Below are positions 23,581-35,231 of a stretch of DNA of 43,918 bases, in pieces. The translations under genes were made by a program, and so were the position numbers. The notes under the pieces are model-generated. The model was not told the origin of the DNA. It saw only the letters and a list, made by a program, of their open reading frames with translations, and did not search any database. The DNA comes from Perkinsus chesapeaki ATCC PRA-425 (taxonomy: Eukaryota > Protista > Perkinsozoa), in assembly GCA_013115145.1 (NCBI GenBank), contig JAAPAO010000277.1, positions 1-43,918 of the forward strand. The letters are read 5' to 3'. Every line of letters starts with the position of its first letter. The stretch's first letter is position 1.

Positions 23581-24660
23581 TTAGCGGGCTGGCCACAGAT
23601 TGTCGCTCCGAGAAGATTCTAATTTTAGTACCTTGAAGAGCCTTCTTGCGTAGCGTTGGTCAGAATGAGTGAGACTCACGTTATTAATTCGAGTGTTGAG
23701 TGCGGTGTCTTCGTTGGTCTCAACAACAGCTAGAGAGAGCAGTCCCCAGCAGAAACTCCCTGCACTACCCCCTTCACACTTTCGTATATGTAGAATGCCA
23801 GCTGCCTTATGAAACTGAAATATCCAGCCTGAAAACACCTGCTATAACGGGAAATATCAGAATGTGCCAAGTTGGAGCATCCGTCCTCTTTACTCGTTAC
23901 AGCCTTCTAATAGACATCAAGATACACTTGGCGCCGAATACAGATATACCTCCCATAGTTAGATAGTTAAGCCTTTCGTATGGAACTCTCATTCGAGTAA
24001 AGTTGTTATAGACCCATCGATCAAAGCCGGGCATTTCATTTTCTTTCGGTGTTCGAGCATGGTTGTACCTTCCGTGTAACTAGGCAATCGCGGTTGTATT
24101 GTGGTCATAATATCGAAGGCTGAACTACTACTCTGAATCGTCTAAACTGGAGTATGCTAGCTAATAAGGATTCTACACCATCACGGCCCTTGCACGTGTT
24201 GATCTACCGGTCGGGCTTTCAAGGTATCGATCTCCAGCTTTACGGGCTAAATACTATTCAACCTCCCTTTTAATCCGACCCGTGGACGGTTCTGCATCGC
24301 CGATCTTGCATGCTCAAGTTCCGATCGGAAATACTCTCAGTGTGAAGAGGTCTGAAGAACTTGACTAGTATTGTGGCTCGGAATATTGGTCACCTGTTTC
24401 CATTGTCGAAGTTAACCACTCTTTGATACTCATCAGATAGAGGTACCAAGTCAAGAGATATATAGGCTCAGCTCTACTCACAGTAGGTCTAGGTCACTAC
24501 AGAGAGCAAGGTGAAGAAAATGGAGTTAGAATGGAAGCGTTAAACCTTGGCATTAAACTTTAGATTTAATCGAATGGAATTATCGGTCAACCGTATGCTC
24601 TTTCTTGCAGCCTCTTCTGGCTCTGACAGACAAGGCGCATTCCCGTTGGTCCCTTCATGT
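23581..24660 (-). CDS. Hypothetical multi-exon protein
   Basis: Exon-like frames EYFRSELEHARSAMQNRPRVGLKGRL; EMPGFDRWVYNNFTRMRVPYERLNYLTMG; AVVETNEDTALNTRINN. No family recognised. Confidence 0.35.
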
Positions 24661-24866
24661 TTAAATAGGGTATCTGAATTCTCAGCGTAAGGTTTTCTAA
24701 TTTCCGCGCACCCATGGACATTTAAGTTTCAAATTTTGAAAGCGGCGTATCGGATATTTGAATGATGGTCGGATAGTTGCACGAATCGGCCGGGTGTAAG
24801 AGTGTGTCCGGATAGAGTTCTGGTGTTCCTGGTCCTCTTCGTGATCGTGTCTTTTTGCTATCCTCA

Positions 24867-25673
24867 ATGTCTCGAGCTAATGGCGGTACTCAACCTAGAC
24901 GACCGACATCGCCTGTGGCCGGCAGAAGTATCAACAGAAGTAACTACGATACTATTCGCTAAAGATCTTGATAATTATCACCCCTCTTAGTCCCTCGTGC
25001 ATTCTCCATCACGAGTTCATTGCTGCTTCAAGGACTTCTACATGTCAACGTCTTATTCGACGTTGTTCTTCTCGGTCCAGGGCTCCTCATAACATGGATC
25101 ATCAGGGTCCTTACAGAATTCCAAGCTGTACTGTGATCTCGATTTTTGCAGGCTGCGACTGGCGATGCTCACGAAAGAGCGTATCAAATACTACTGCCCA
25201 TGTTCGCTATCGTTCTTGCGGCGGAAGGGCCCAGACTCGCGCTCGGGTATAGCGGAAACCTTGGAGAACGAGTAGAAGCTGCGCTTCCGTGTGGTGGACG
25301 ATGTGTGGGAAGTTCAGGTCCCTCATCTTTTCCTCTGGTTAGTGCTCTCCTTCTTCCCCGTTCTCGCGATGCTCATAGCGATCCTTGTGATACGAGCAAA
25401 TATCCAGGAGCTGACCGACGCCATGTGCCCGTAGGAACTTTGCCACTGCTGGCTGCTGTTACGAGTATCATCATCAGGTCGTGTTTAACACCTTTCGAAG
25501 TGGTGCTAATATGTCTCGAGATTGTCATCGTAATTACAAGCGGAACCGTAGGGATCTTCGCGATGAGACGACTGATTGCGGTGAAGACATTCCGATTCTA
25601 CGAGCAGTATTTTGTCACTAGCATGACGGAGCTTCAACCACGTAGATTCTATATGCTCCTCATTTGTGTTTAA
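24867..25673 (+). CDS. TMEM17: TMEM17/TMEM216-family ciliary transition-zone membrane protein
   Basis: SSLLLQGLLHVNVLF, EGPRLALGYSGNLGERV(PLLAA) and RRLIAVKTFRFYEQYF parallel TMEM17 SSLALQMSLYFN, EAIRLYLGYVGNLQEKVPELAG and RKMVNQLAVRFHLQDF. The 3' end is approximate. Confidence 0.8.
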
Positions 25674-25961
25674 CTCGCTGGCTCAATGGATTAACTATTC
25701 AGGGGCTTACGATCTTGCTTGCATTTGATGCTCAAACTGATAACGCGAGGCGCGTAAGACATATGATAAATGACTTGAGTAGCAGCGGATGAAGCTGCAC
25801 TACGGGTCTGATATTTCGCATATCAGATATTTGAAACAAAGAAGGTAAATTATATTCTGTAGATTGCCCACATCTCTTGACCTAAGAGAGCGGTGGGTAC
25901 TTGTGAGTATGTGGGCGTAGAGAGGCTTAGGATGTTCAGTACGCCAACCCATATCTCACCA

Positions 25962-26435
25962 TTAAACACATGAACCGGAAGGGCAGGGGACCGGCATGTA
26001 GCCTCCATCACAACCTTCATCAATAAGATGGACACACGCTTTAGTGAGTTCAGCGTTGGTGTAGTACATACCGCGGCAGATACCTTTATCACACCTGCAC
26101 TCAACACGGGCTTCAGGGTGATTGTGGCAAGTGTTGTTATCCAATCTATTGCATTCAGATAGACATGTAGAACTCGGAGGAGCAGAGCTGCAAGGCACTG
26201 GGACCGAGGCGGCCCCATAACCACAACCTTTATCGATACCATCGACACATGTAGAATTCTTAGACGAGTCGGTATAATAAAGATGCCTACAAATATCTCT
26301 CTCATAACGACATTCTAAAGTGACCTTATTCTTCTGGCATTCATTGTTACCCAGCTTGTCACATATGTTAGTACATACCTCTGTGTTATCGCCAAGGGCC
26401 CAAGTGAGTATTGAGAGAACATAAACCGACTTCAT
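25962..26435 (-). CDS. Secreted Cys-rich protein with two tandem ~63-aa 8-Cys modules (intronless)
   Basis: Signal peptide MKSVYVLSILTWALG. The two repeats align (C-x3-C-x-(K/R)L-x-NN-x-C...ECR...ICR-x2-YYT...C-x3-ID-x-GC...PVPC). Confidence 0.85.
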   Translation of the reverse strand: MKSVYVLSILTWALGDNTEVCTNICDKLGNNECQKNKVTLECRYERDICRHLYYTDSSKNSTCVDGIDKGCGYGAASVPVPCSSAPPSSTCLSECNRLDNNTCHNHPEARVECRCDKGICRGMYYTNAELTKACVHLIDEGCDGGYMPVPCPSGSCV

Positions 26436-27774
26436 TACTGAGGAGCGACGAAAGGAGGCTGCTGGTTAGTTCTTCCTCAGCTTTCGTTCCCCCGAGGCAC
26501 GCATGAACAAAAAAGGTCACGAACGCGTGCGCAACTCTCCTCCGCCAAACACGAGCGTGGTTCTTCAGGATCTTAGTATTACTCAATTTCGTCGTTAGTT
26601 AGGATGCTTCAAGGTTAGAGCACACCCGAACGTTGAGCGTTTTGTGCATCTTAGGGGAAATATCCATTGCCGAGGGGCTTCATCGTTTTCCGAGGACCTT
26701 TCTCGCTCGCCCGAACCCGCCGTGATACGTCGCCTGTTACCGTCTTCTGAGGATGATGGCCAAGAACCTAGAAGAAGACGAACACTTCTGAGGAAACCAG
26801 ATGGACTCGAGTGAGGTTGACTACCTTGTGCGCAGTTCTCTTAATCTGCTAAAGGACTCGAGGTGATCTTTTGGAGCACGTTTCTGCGAATTGTCCCGAG
26901 GGACCGAGGGAAATATAACAGTAACTCGTCGGTAGGATACTTTACGGCTCCGGGTCTCAAAGCCTCGCACCCATCTAATGTGTACAACGTGAGCTTCTGC
27001 TCATCCCTCCGGGTGATAGAACTTATCACGTTGTTTTCAAACGGGCGAGAGTTATGTAAGGCGCCTTTTCCCGAGATGACCTGGAGCTGCGTTCACTACA
27101 GGCTTCTGGCTCCACGCATCCACATGCCGTCGAGACGATGAGACTCCCGAGCACCCTTATCTCCCTCAATAAATGTTCGTCATTTCGGAACATGTACCCA
27201 GGCGGGGCAAAACCCGCTCTCCTATTCAGTTCTGAGGTTCTCTAAGCAATAATCGATCATGGCGCCTATCGCCTGCGTGCAGACTCATGAATGCAGGATT
27301 GGACAGGATCACTCGCTATAAATAACGCGGAGCATACTGAAGCCGTTTGGTTTCACGTTAGCCGACCTATTCGATCGATGTATTCTCCGTGATTTGGTAT
27401 CACGTTTGACCCTTCAACCGCTTGCTTTATCCTTTCAAGCACCACAACCGACCGTGAGATCGTTCATGGGCATGGGACCGGATTCGACCCTTCTCTTCGC
27501 CGATAGCCATCACTTGCATCGATCAAGTGAAACTACGTTAAAGTGGAATGAGTCTGCGTGGGGATGTATTTTCAGAGCTAGGGCTCGTATGTGCATCTTT
27601 TAATGATGTGATAACTCCATAACGCAACTCACCATAAGATATAATCTATCTGAACAGGTGCCAAACGAGTTGCTAACACTTTTCCTTCTTAAAATCGTCG
27701 ATTCCATAATAAGTGTTAAGCTTTGATAGAGGGGAGTATCGAACTAACGTGGGATAGAGTCCGAAAAACTATAT

Positions 27775-29420
27775 CTACGCTGATGAAGTGACCGATATAA
27801 AGTTTACTATTGCTCCATACGATCCGACGATGATCATCGGGAGGCACCACGTAAGCACCACCAATATGAGCCCAAACTCCAATCTGTTCGCTAATACGTA
27901 TTTTCTCAAAGAACCGTAGCGAAGCTGCTGAACTCTGTAGTAATACGTACATGGCATAACCGCGACCATTAGGACCATCGTGAAGGAGCCCAGAAGGTCC
28001 AGAAGGCTCGAAAGATTCGGAACCAAAACAGCAATTATGACTGTACAAAGAATTATACCAACACGGGCTGCGAACCTTTTAAATAAGGCCGACCAACTAT
28101 TGTCATCTACATCAATCTTAAGTGCATATTCAGCTGAAGCCATAATAGGGAGCACTATCACCTAAAAAGAAAACAAGTGACAACTTTCTACAACTCATTT
28201 AGGATATCATTGTCGACGAGACAAGGCACGATAGTGGAAAATACGGTTTGTGCTCATAGCCATGCAAATGGCGAGGGGTTTGAAACAGGAATACCAAAAT
28301 TAGAGCTTACTTGATAGTGTGGTACACTAGTACTGACTATGGCAACCAATGTAACATAAGCCCAAGGATCTGCATTTTCCATATGCAGTGGAACAAGAGA
28401 ATCTAATATAGTCTCATGAGCGAGTCTCCGCCCATATCCAACATAACCACAAACTCCGATTGAGATGTATCTACACATAACATTCAAGCATACTTTAATA
28501 ACAAGCTTCTCAAAACCTACACTATATATATTATACCATAAGCCCATCTTGAAACGGCCACGAAATGGGTCGGCTTTGCCATATCTCTAACAAGCGTTGC
28601 GACAGAGTTGGTAACATTGAATGATAGAATACAAACGCCAAACTTCGTAGCGAGCTCGAGTATGTTGGGGACAAATATATCGTATTCGACGATATCATTT
28701 GACACAACCTGATAATGCATAAAACTAACGTAGCGTAAATCGATTGGACTTACCTTATGGTAAATCCCGTTAATACTTATAATGAGGAAAAGACACGTGA
28801 TAGCCACCATTCCAACAGCCGCGACATAAGATACTTCATGCATGGTCCTTAAGAACGTAAAGGGTATGAAGAAGACACCCCATAGAGCCATCCATAATCT
28901 CTGACTTAACATTGGTAGTAGTTTACCAGTGGTGCTGCCAAGAATAACTAATAGGGAGGCGCAGGCACCGGTCATTGTAACATGGACAACAGTTGCCGTG
29001 AAAAGCCGGCCTGAAGCCAGAGAAGTCACCACTTTGATGAAATGATAACACTTACCGAATGTTCCGAAGCACGCTCTCCCAAGATCCTCATAAGTATATA
29101 TCGGACCGTTTGGCGATAATGCGATACCAAAATAAAGTTTGGTAACCGAAAACCCTGCAAAGTTAACAGCCAGCGTTAGGACTAGCGCACCGCCAACCCA
29201 ACCACAGGTGGCAAATACGCTAGGTAACATAACGACGCCAAGACCTGGAAAGAGAGTAAATAAATGCACTGACGTTTGAGTGATGATAGCCCTTACCAAC
29301 AGCTGAAAGAGCTAAACTGAAGACTGCTCTAACATCTGAGCATCTACCAACATGTAACGAGCTTTCAGTAATCGGCGGCTTGATCGTATCAACTGAGTTC
29401 GCAGGATTGTCGTGCATCAT
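27775..29420 (-). CDS. AAAP amino-acid transporter, copy 2
   Basis: Same motifs and intron layout as copy 1 (LGVVMLPSVFATCGW, YTYEDLGRACFG, FLRTMHEVSYVA, SFNVTNSVATLVRDMAKP, LLDLLGSFTM). Confidence 0.92.
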
Positions 29421-29449
29421 TTTAAAGAACTGTAATACAAACCATCACA

Positions 29450-29658
29450 TTGAATAGTAAACAGACACTTGAATAGTAAACAGACACTTGAATAGTAAAC
29501 AGACACTTGAATAGTAAACAGACACTTGAATAGTAAACAGAANNNNNNNNNNNNNNNNNNNNNNNNNNNNNNNNNNNNNNNNNNNNNNNNNNNNNNNNNN
29601 NNNNNNNNNNNNNNNNNNNNNNNNNNNNNNNNNNNNNNNNACACTTGAATAGTAAACA
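29450..29658. repeat. 19-bp minisatellite (TTGAATAGTAAACAGACAC)n spanning an assembly gap
   Basis: About five perfect units precede the N-run and one follows it. Confidence 0.95.
29543..29640. other. Assembly gap (N-run)
   Basis: Run of Ns inside the minisatellite; true length unknown. Confidence 0.99.
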
Positions 29659-30048
29659 TGCAATTGTGTAGTTAAATCCTCGCAACTCGTACGAGTTTAG
29701 AAAGCACATAATTTGATCAGCTTACATTTAAAGCACCCCTTGAATCACTAAACAACAACAACTATCAATTAAAGAGACTTTTACCACCTAACACTACTCT
29801 GCTGCAAGAACAACGTAAAACACCGCGGCTTATGGCTCACTCGCGGAAACGCTAATAACAACTCCGGTAAAAGCGATAATAGAATGAAACAGTAGTAGTA
29901 GTGGAGGTATGACAATGACACAGTAACATAGTAGTATTAAACAGTAGTAGTTGAATGATTTGTACAGTGGCACCCGCCAACTTCTATTCATTATTAGATT
30001 TCATGAAATCCGTTTATTATAACGTAATGGTGTCCCGTCGCATCTTAT

Positions 30049-31644
30049 TTATCCAAAGTTCTTAATAGCACCATAAGAGCCCACAACAATCATAGGAACA
30101 CACCATGTCAATACAGCACATATAAATACAAACTCAACCTTGTGAGACTTGATATAGGTCATGAACGAACCTAATAATAACAATTGACTAAAGCGGATTG
30201 GTTTAATTAAAAGCTATTCTCACCTAGAAGCATCTGCTGTATTCTCATATAATATATACATGGCATCATAGCTACCATAAAGACCATTGTGAAGGAACCG
30301 AGGATATCAAGAAGACTTGAGATGTTGGGGACAGAAACGGCTATGATTGTGGTGAAGATGATACAGGCCAAACGAGCTAGGAATCTCTTGATTCCAGCAC
30401 GACGAGAATTATCGTCGACATCAATATTCAAGACGTACTCCAGCGATGATGCGATAGGGAGTAAAAGAACCTGAACCAATATAGTTAACAAAGTGACCTC
30501 ACACAAATCTTGCAAGGTGAACCTCCAAGATACGCAACTTACCACGTAATGGGGAACACTGGACATAACAATAGCTATCAAAGTTACATATGCCCATGCC
30601 CCAGAGACAGGCTGATTAGGGGGCACTATCGAATCCATGATAGGATGATCCCTCAAAGAGCGACCATAACCGAAATAACCACACACACCGATACCGAAAT
30701 ACACGGTGAATATTATACCATAAGCCCATCTTGAAACAGCAACGAAATGGGTCGGCTTTGCCATATCTCTAACAAGCGTTGCGACAGAGTTGGTAACATT
30801 AAATGATAGAATACAAACACCAAAGTTGGTAGCGATCTCGATAAAGTCAGGTACGAATATATCGTAGACAATAGGCTCGGTGGAGGTTATCTAAAACATA
30901 ACAATAACGAAAAACATACTATCAAAAATGCCTTACCCCAACCATCAAACCATTGGCACTGACGACGGCGAATAATGTAAGAATTGATACCATACCAATA
31001 GCAGCAACGTAAGATACTTCATGCATGGTACGTAGGAAAGTAAAAGGGATGAAAAACACAGCCCAAATAATAATCCAAATACGTTGTGAAATACTCGGTA
31101 TCAACTTGGTGGTATTCTCACCCAAAAGCACCAACAATGAGGCACAGATGCCCGACATCGTCACATGAACGATTAAGGCAGTTAAAGCACGACCTGAAAC
31201 ACAACAACGTGAAAAGGAACGATGCAATAAAACACTTACCCCATTTGCCGTAACAAGCTCGTCCAAGATCCTCATAGGTGTACACGTGACCCTTCTCCGT
31301 AGGAGTTAACGCTATACCAAGATAAAGCTTGGAAACAGCGAAGCCTGCGAATAGGACACCAAGGGTAAGGACAAAGGCACCACCAAGCCAGCCACATGAG
31401 GCAAACACTGTTGGTAACATAACAACGCCCATACCTAACACAAGATAATAAGTTAAAAAACGACCGAAGGCTTACCAATGGCAGATAGAACAATGCTGAA
31501 AACACCTCGTATGTCAGAGCATTTTCCATGATGACCTTCTTGGTCAACAATAACTTTACCGGCCTCCTCGAAGCTTTCACCAGCAGGTGCATGATGCACA
31601 CGTTTGAGTTCAACGTTGCTTGAAGATTCTTCAGCTATTGTCAT
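30049..31644 (-). CDS. AAAP amino-acid transporter, copy 3
   Basis: MTIAEESSSNVELK...FSIVLSAIG|MGVVMLPTVFASCGW, YTYEDLGRACYG, FLRTMHEVSYVA, LLDILGSFTM, ending GSYGAIKNFG*. Confidence 0.92.
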
Positions 31645-32399
31645 TCCAAAACAATTATTAATAAACCTTTAACAAATACTTATCAAGTTCACGAGGTCAA
31701 CATTAACAATATGAAATGAAAGACTTGAGCTAGCAAAAACACAATCACCTCTAGCTGAAAGATACGGTCACCGTATTACGGTGACGCACGGCGGCCACGG
31801 AGCATAGACAAGATACGTTGAGGAAGTTCAAGCCTAGGCAAGATTGCAAGATATCGTCTGCTGTGGTTGCGCGGCGGCGCAGTCGAGGGCCGAAACTTAC
31901 AACTTATCGGCTCTGAAAAAGTTTCATGTTTCACGCGTAAGTGACTTGTGACCGTGCTTGAATTCGTTCTAGTTGAACCACGTCGGCGGAAAGAATGAAA
32001 AGATAAGCCATTTGACTTTACATCGTCGGCGGTGGCATTGGTTCCCAAAAATTGGAACCACTTTCCGTGTATAATGTAAGTTACTCTATTTTAGACTTGC
32101 TATGATGGAATCTCCCATATCTAGTCCAACTTGTAAGGGTAGCAGCCCACGGCCCACCGCCAACAACTGCTGCTGTGGTACAGTAAGGCAAATGATATTT
32201 AATATAGAGCAACGAATAGCTAATGAAACGAGAGAACTTAAACTGTCAAATGAGGATTATTGGGCATCAAAGAGGTAACGTATCGATATAGAAAGGATGA
32301 GTTATTACAACTTGTGTGTAAACAGTCAGCATCATGGCCGTCTTGCTGGCGCATGATAATTACAAAGACATTTCAGGCGCACTGCGACAGTAGGCAGCA

Positions 32400-33660
32400 A
32401 ATCAGCTGATGGAAGAGAGGACACTGAAGTTGGTGAAGCTACGGCAAACGCGAATAGACGACATTGTGGGAACAAGGTGCGAACGACCAGAACAGCTTTC
32501 ATGGATTCGTTGGTCGGGAGGAAATTTGTAAGACAAAAGTCCGACAGTATATAGCAAAGCTCGGTAAGAGCAGATATCAGATGAAATACAACGGAGAGAG
32601 AAATTAGGAAGAAGTAGTTCGAAAAGGTAAGTGTGAAGAATCACGACTTGCCTTGAACGACGACATCGCAGAAAATCTAACAGAGCACCACGGAGACCTA
32701 TTGGTGATCGAAGCTGTAATGAGATAATTGCTCGAGAAGAAAGAGTGAGAACGACAGTTTATGAGCGAATATTTGCAGCTCAGTTGAATGCAAAAAGGGA
32801 AAGAAAACTGAACGAGGAAGTGGCTGAATGCACGTTTACACCAAAAGTGAGGAATGCAAACCTTTCCCTACTGCACGAGCAGCAGCTCGCCGGCACACCG
32901 TTTTGTGTGTCTATGGAGCATCTCCGTCGATTAGATCGCTCATAGCCCAAACCAAACGCCTTCAAATAGCAATGAACACCGTTGCGAAGCACTTTACCGC
33001 GATGCTGAGCGCCGCACTGTGGATCGATCGCTCCAGCAATTGTAAGGCCTTACTGCGGAAGACGTTTGCTTGATAATTAAACCTGCTTCAGACCTCAAGC
33101 TCAATTGTCGAACGGCTCTGGCACGCGGAATACACGGGTAACGAACTTACGCAGTGGAGTATGTCTTAGCTCTTCACGAAACCATGATAGTGTCCATTTA
33201 AGACAGTCTTGCTTCGTATCAAAGCACAACTTACTTTAACAACCCATATAGTATTGAGGAAAGAGAAAGAGTTTTTATTCATGGATGGAAAAAAGAATGA
33301 CACTTAAAACGGTATAACATATGAGACTCGTCCTTGAATCAACTAGTCGGGTAATTGCTGTACGTTGTATGCGCTAAAATATACACACAAATGCAGTCGT
33401 ACTTATGCAGCATGAGGCATGCTTCTGATGGATACACGAAGTCTCCAGCTTGAGTATATCAGATGTCGATTGGAACGGTTTCTCCTCAGGTATCGGTAGA
33501 TGTATTGAAGAGCTCTAGCGACGTCTATGATAGACTGTACGATGATGCACTGGCAAGGTTGAGCAGCCGAGTTGACGATTCACCTCCTATTATTAATCGA
33601 TTCCCCATGGAGTCACCATTTATTGTGCATATGGCCCACTGTGTTACCAACAAATGATGT
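32400..33660 (+). CDS. Hypothetical coiled-coil protein with VYERI/ECTFTP/VYDRLY motifs; ends uncertain
   Basis: Exon-like frames TVYERIFAAQLNAKRERKLNEEVAECTFTPK, SIVERLWHAEY and SSDVYDRLYDDALARL. This motif style is common in protist cytoskeletal repeat proteins. Confidence 0.45.
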
Positions 33661-34067
33661 TCCTTACATTACCACCCAAGAGCCTTGAGTTACTCAGTCA
33701 ACATTTCAGAACTCTGCAAACTGACTCTTCAAAGTGGTCGACACTGATGTAGAGCTCCTCAACCAATATCTGAAAGCCCAGATATAAAAACTGATAATAA
33801 ATCCGCCAGCTGTACGGTGGCGAATCCGTAGAGCAGTTGCAGTCAGCCGTCTCTGCCGAACTACAACCGCTCATTAACAATCACGTTTGTGAAACTACTG
33901 ATACGATGCATTTCGGTGGAGCCTCTTGATACATGGAGCTTAAGCTATCACTGCTAGTCCTTGACCAAACTCAATATATAGTCAAATCAACGCATATTAT
34001 ATTACAGCAGAACCAATCGCTCCACCAATAAGTTTCATTATTAGATTATTCTTTTAATTGTATTGCT

Positions 34068-35231
34068 ATGTTTAACCTCCTATTCCCCATATGCTTTGCA
34101 CTTAGTGCACTGGGCCGCACAGTAATTGCAGGCTCGCCGATGCTGAGGGCTTCGGCGCACACTTGCTCCAGTAGCAACTTCTGTGAGGTTGACTCGAATA
34201 ACTATCCTGATATGTTACCGATGGGAGATATATCTGTCGTTTCCTTTAGTATTGATGATCTTGGAGAGTGGTTCATCGCTGGCAAAGAGAACGGTATCGG
34301 CAAACTGTGGGTGGTATCATGTGATCTCCAGTCATACAAGCTTGTTGTTGAGAAGAACTTCTCCGATATTGAGGTCTCCCCTGATGGCAGTGAAGTCTAT
34401 GGCATTGCGGATGGATCGGTTTATGATGTCCTTGCTACAAACCCCAACGAGTTTATTGAAATTGCTCCGGCCGACCCTACTAGAGACTACACTGGTGTTG
34501 CATTTGATTCGGAGCACCAGTTGCTTTATGTGACCGGTAAGGCATCTAACTCGGTATATACATTTGTAAAGAATGGTAGTTCATGGAAGCCAATGCAGGG
34601 TTACACCAATGATGCTCTACAGCACCCTACATCAATTCGATATCTTCAAGGTTACATCTATATTAGAGTGTCTAATGGTGTGGCTAGACTCAACTTCGCT
34701 GCTGGCAGAGATCAGACCCCCGTGATGTACACCAACTTGGGAATTACTGGCGATGAGGATTTCACTGTGGCGCCTGATAATTACCTTTACTATAGGCATG
34801 GTGATGATGCTGTGTACAGGAAGCCATTGAATGACCATGGTCATGGTGAACTATATGCTGGTGGTTGTGGATGTGGTATGAACGATAATCAGATATGTAC
34901 TGCTGGTGAAGGTAACTTAGTGTATGATCCTGTTGGATCACGTGTTGTGATGCAAGATTATATCGAAACTGGCAAATTCCGGTTTCTGTCTTCTTGTGGA
35001 GGATTTTGTCCTCAACAATCATCAAGTGCTTCACTCCACACTACTTCATTGAGAACGACTCTCCCTTCCACCACAGCAACTGCTACTTCGACGACCACTT
35101 TAACAACAGGATCGTCCTCCGTCCAATGTGATGCTTATTGTGGCTCTATTACTCAAGGTAGCTACTGTAAATATTGGTTGACGCCCAGCGTCTGTGAAGG
35201 AAATAACCTCCCATGCTCTTGCGACGAGTAA
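34068..35231 (+). CDS. Intronless secreted protein: beta-propeller + Thr/Ser linker + C-terminal 6-Cys module
   Basis: 387-aa single ORF with a signal peptide, about six blade-like segments (DIEVSPDGSEVY, GVAFDSEHQLLYVT, DFTVAPDNYLYY, NLVYDPVGSRVV), a TTLPSTTATATSTTT linker and CDAYCGSITQGSYCKYWLTPSVCEGNNLPCSC. Confidence 0.85.
   Translation: MFNLLFPICFALSALGRTVIAGSPMLRASAHTCSSSNFCEVDSNNYPDMLPMGDISVVSFSIDDLGEWFIAGKENGIGKLWVVSCDLQSYKLVVEKNFSDIEVSPDGSEVYGIADGSVYDVLATNPNEFIEIAPADPTRDYTGVAFDSEHQLLYVTGKASNSVYTFVKNGSSWKPMQGYTNDALQHPTSIRYLQGYIYIRVSNGVARLNFAAGRDQTPVMYTNLGITGDEDFTVAPDNYLYYRHGDDAVYRKPLNDHGHGELYAGGCGCGMNDNQICTAGEGNLVYDPVGSRVVMQDYIETGKFRFLSSCGGFCPQQSSSASLHTTSLRTTLPSTTATATSTTTLTTGSSSVQCDAYCGSITQGSYCKYWLTPSVCEGNNLPCSCDE

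Noticed and set aside
26500-27200. Possible minus-strand gene upstream of the Cys-rich protein
   Set aside because: I could not assemble a consistent spliced frame or recognise a motif, so it is not called.
29450-29658. Regular repeat array as a CRISPR
   Set aside because: Units are head-to-tail with no unique spacers, there are no cas genes, and the context is eukaryotic.
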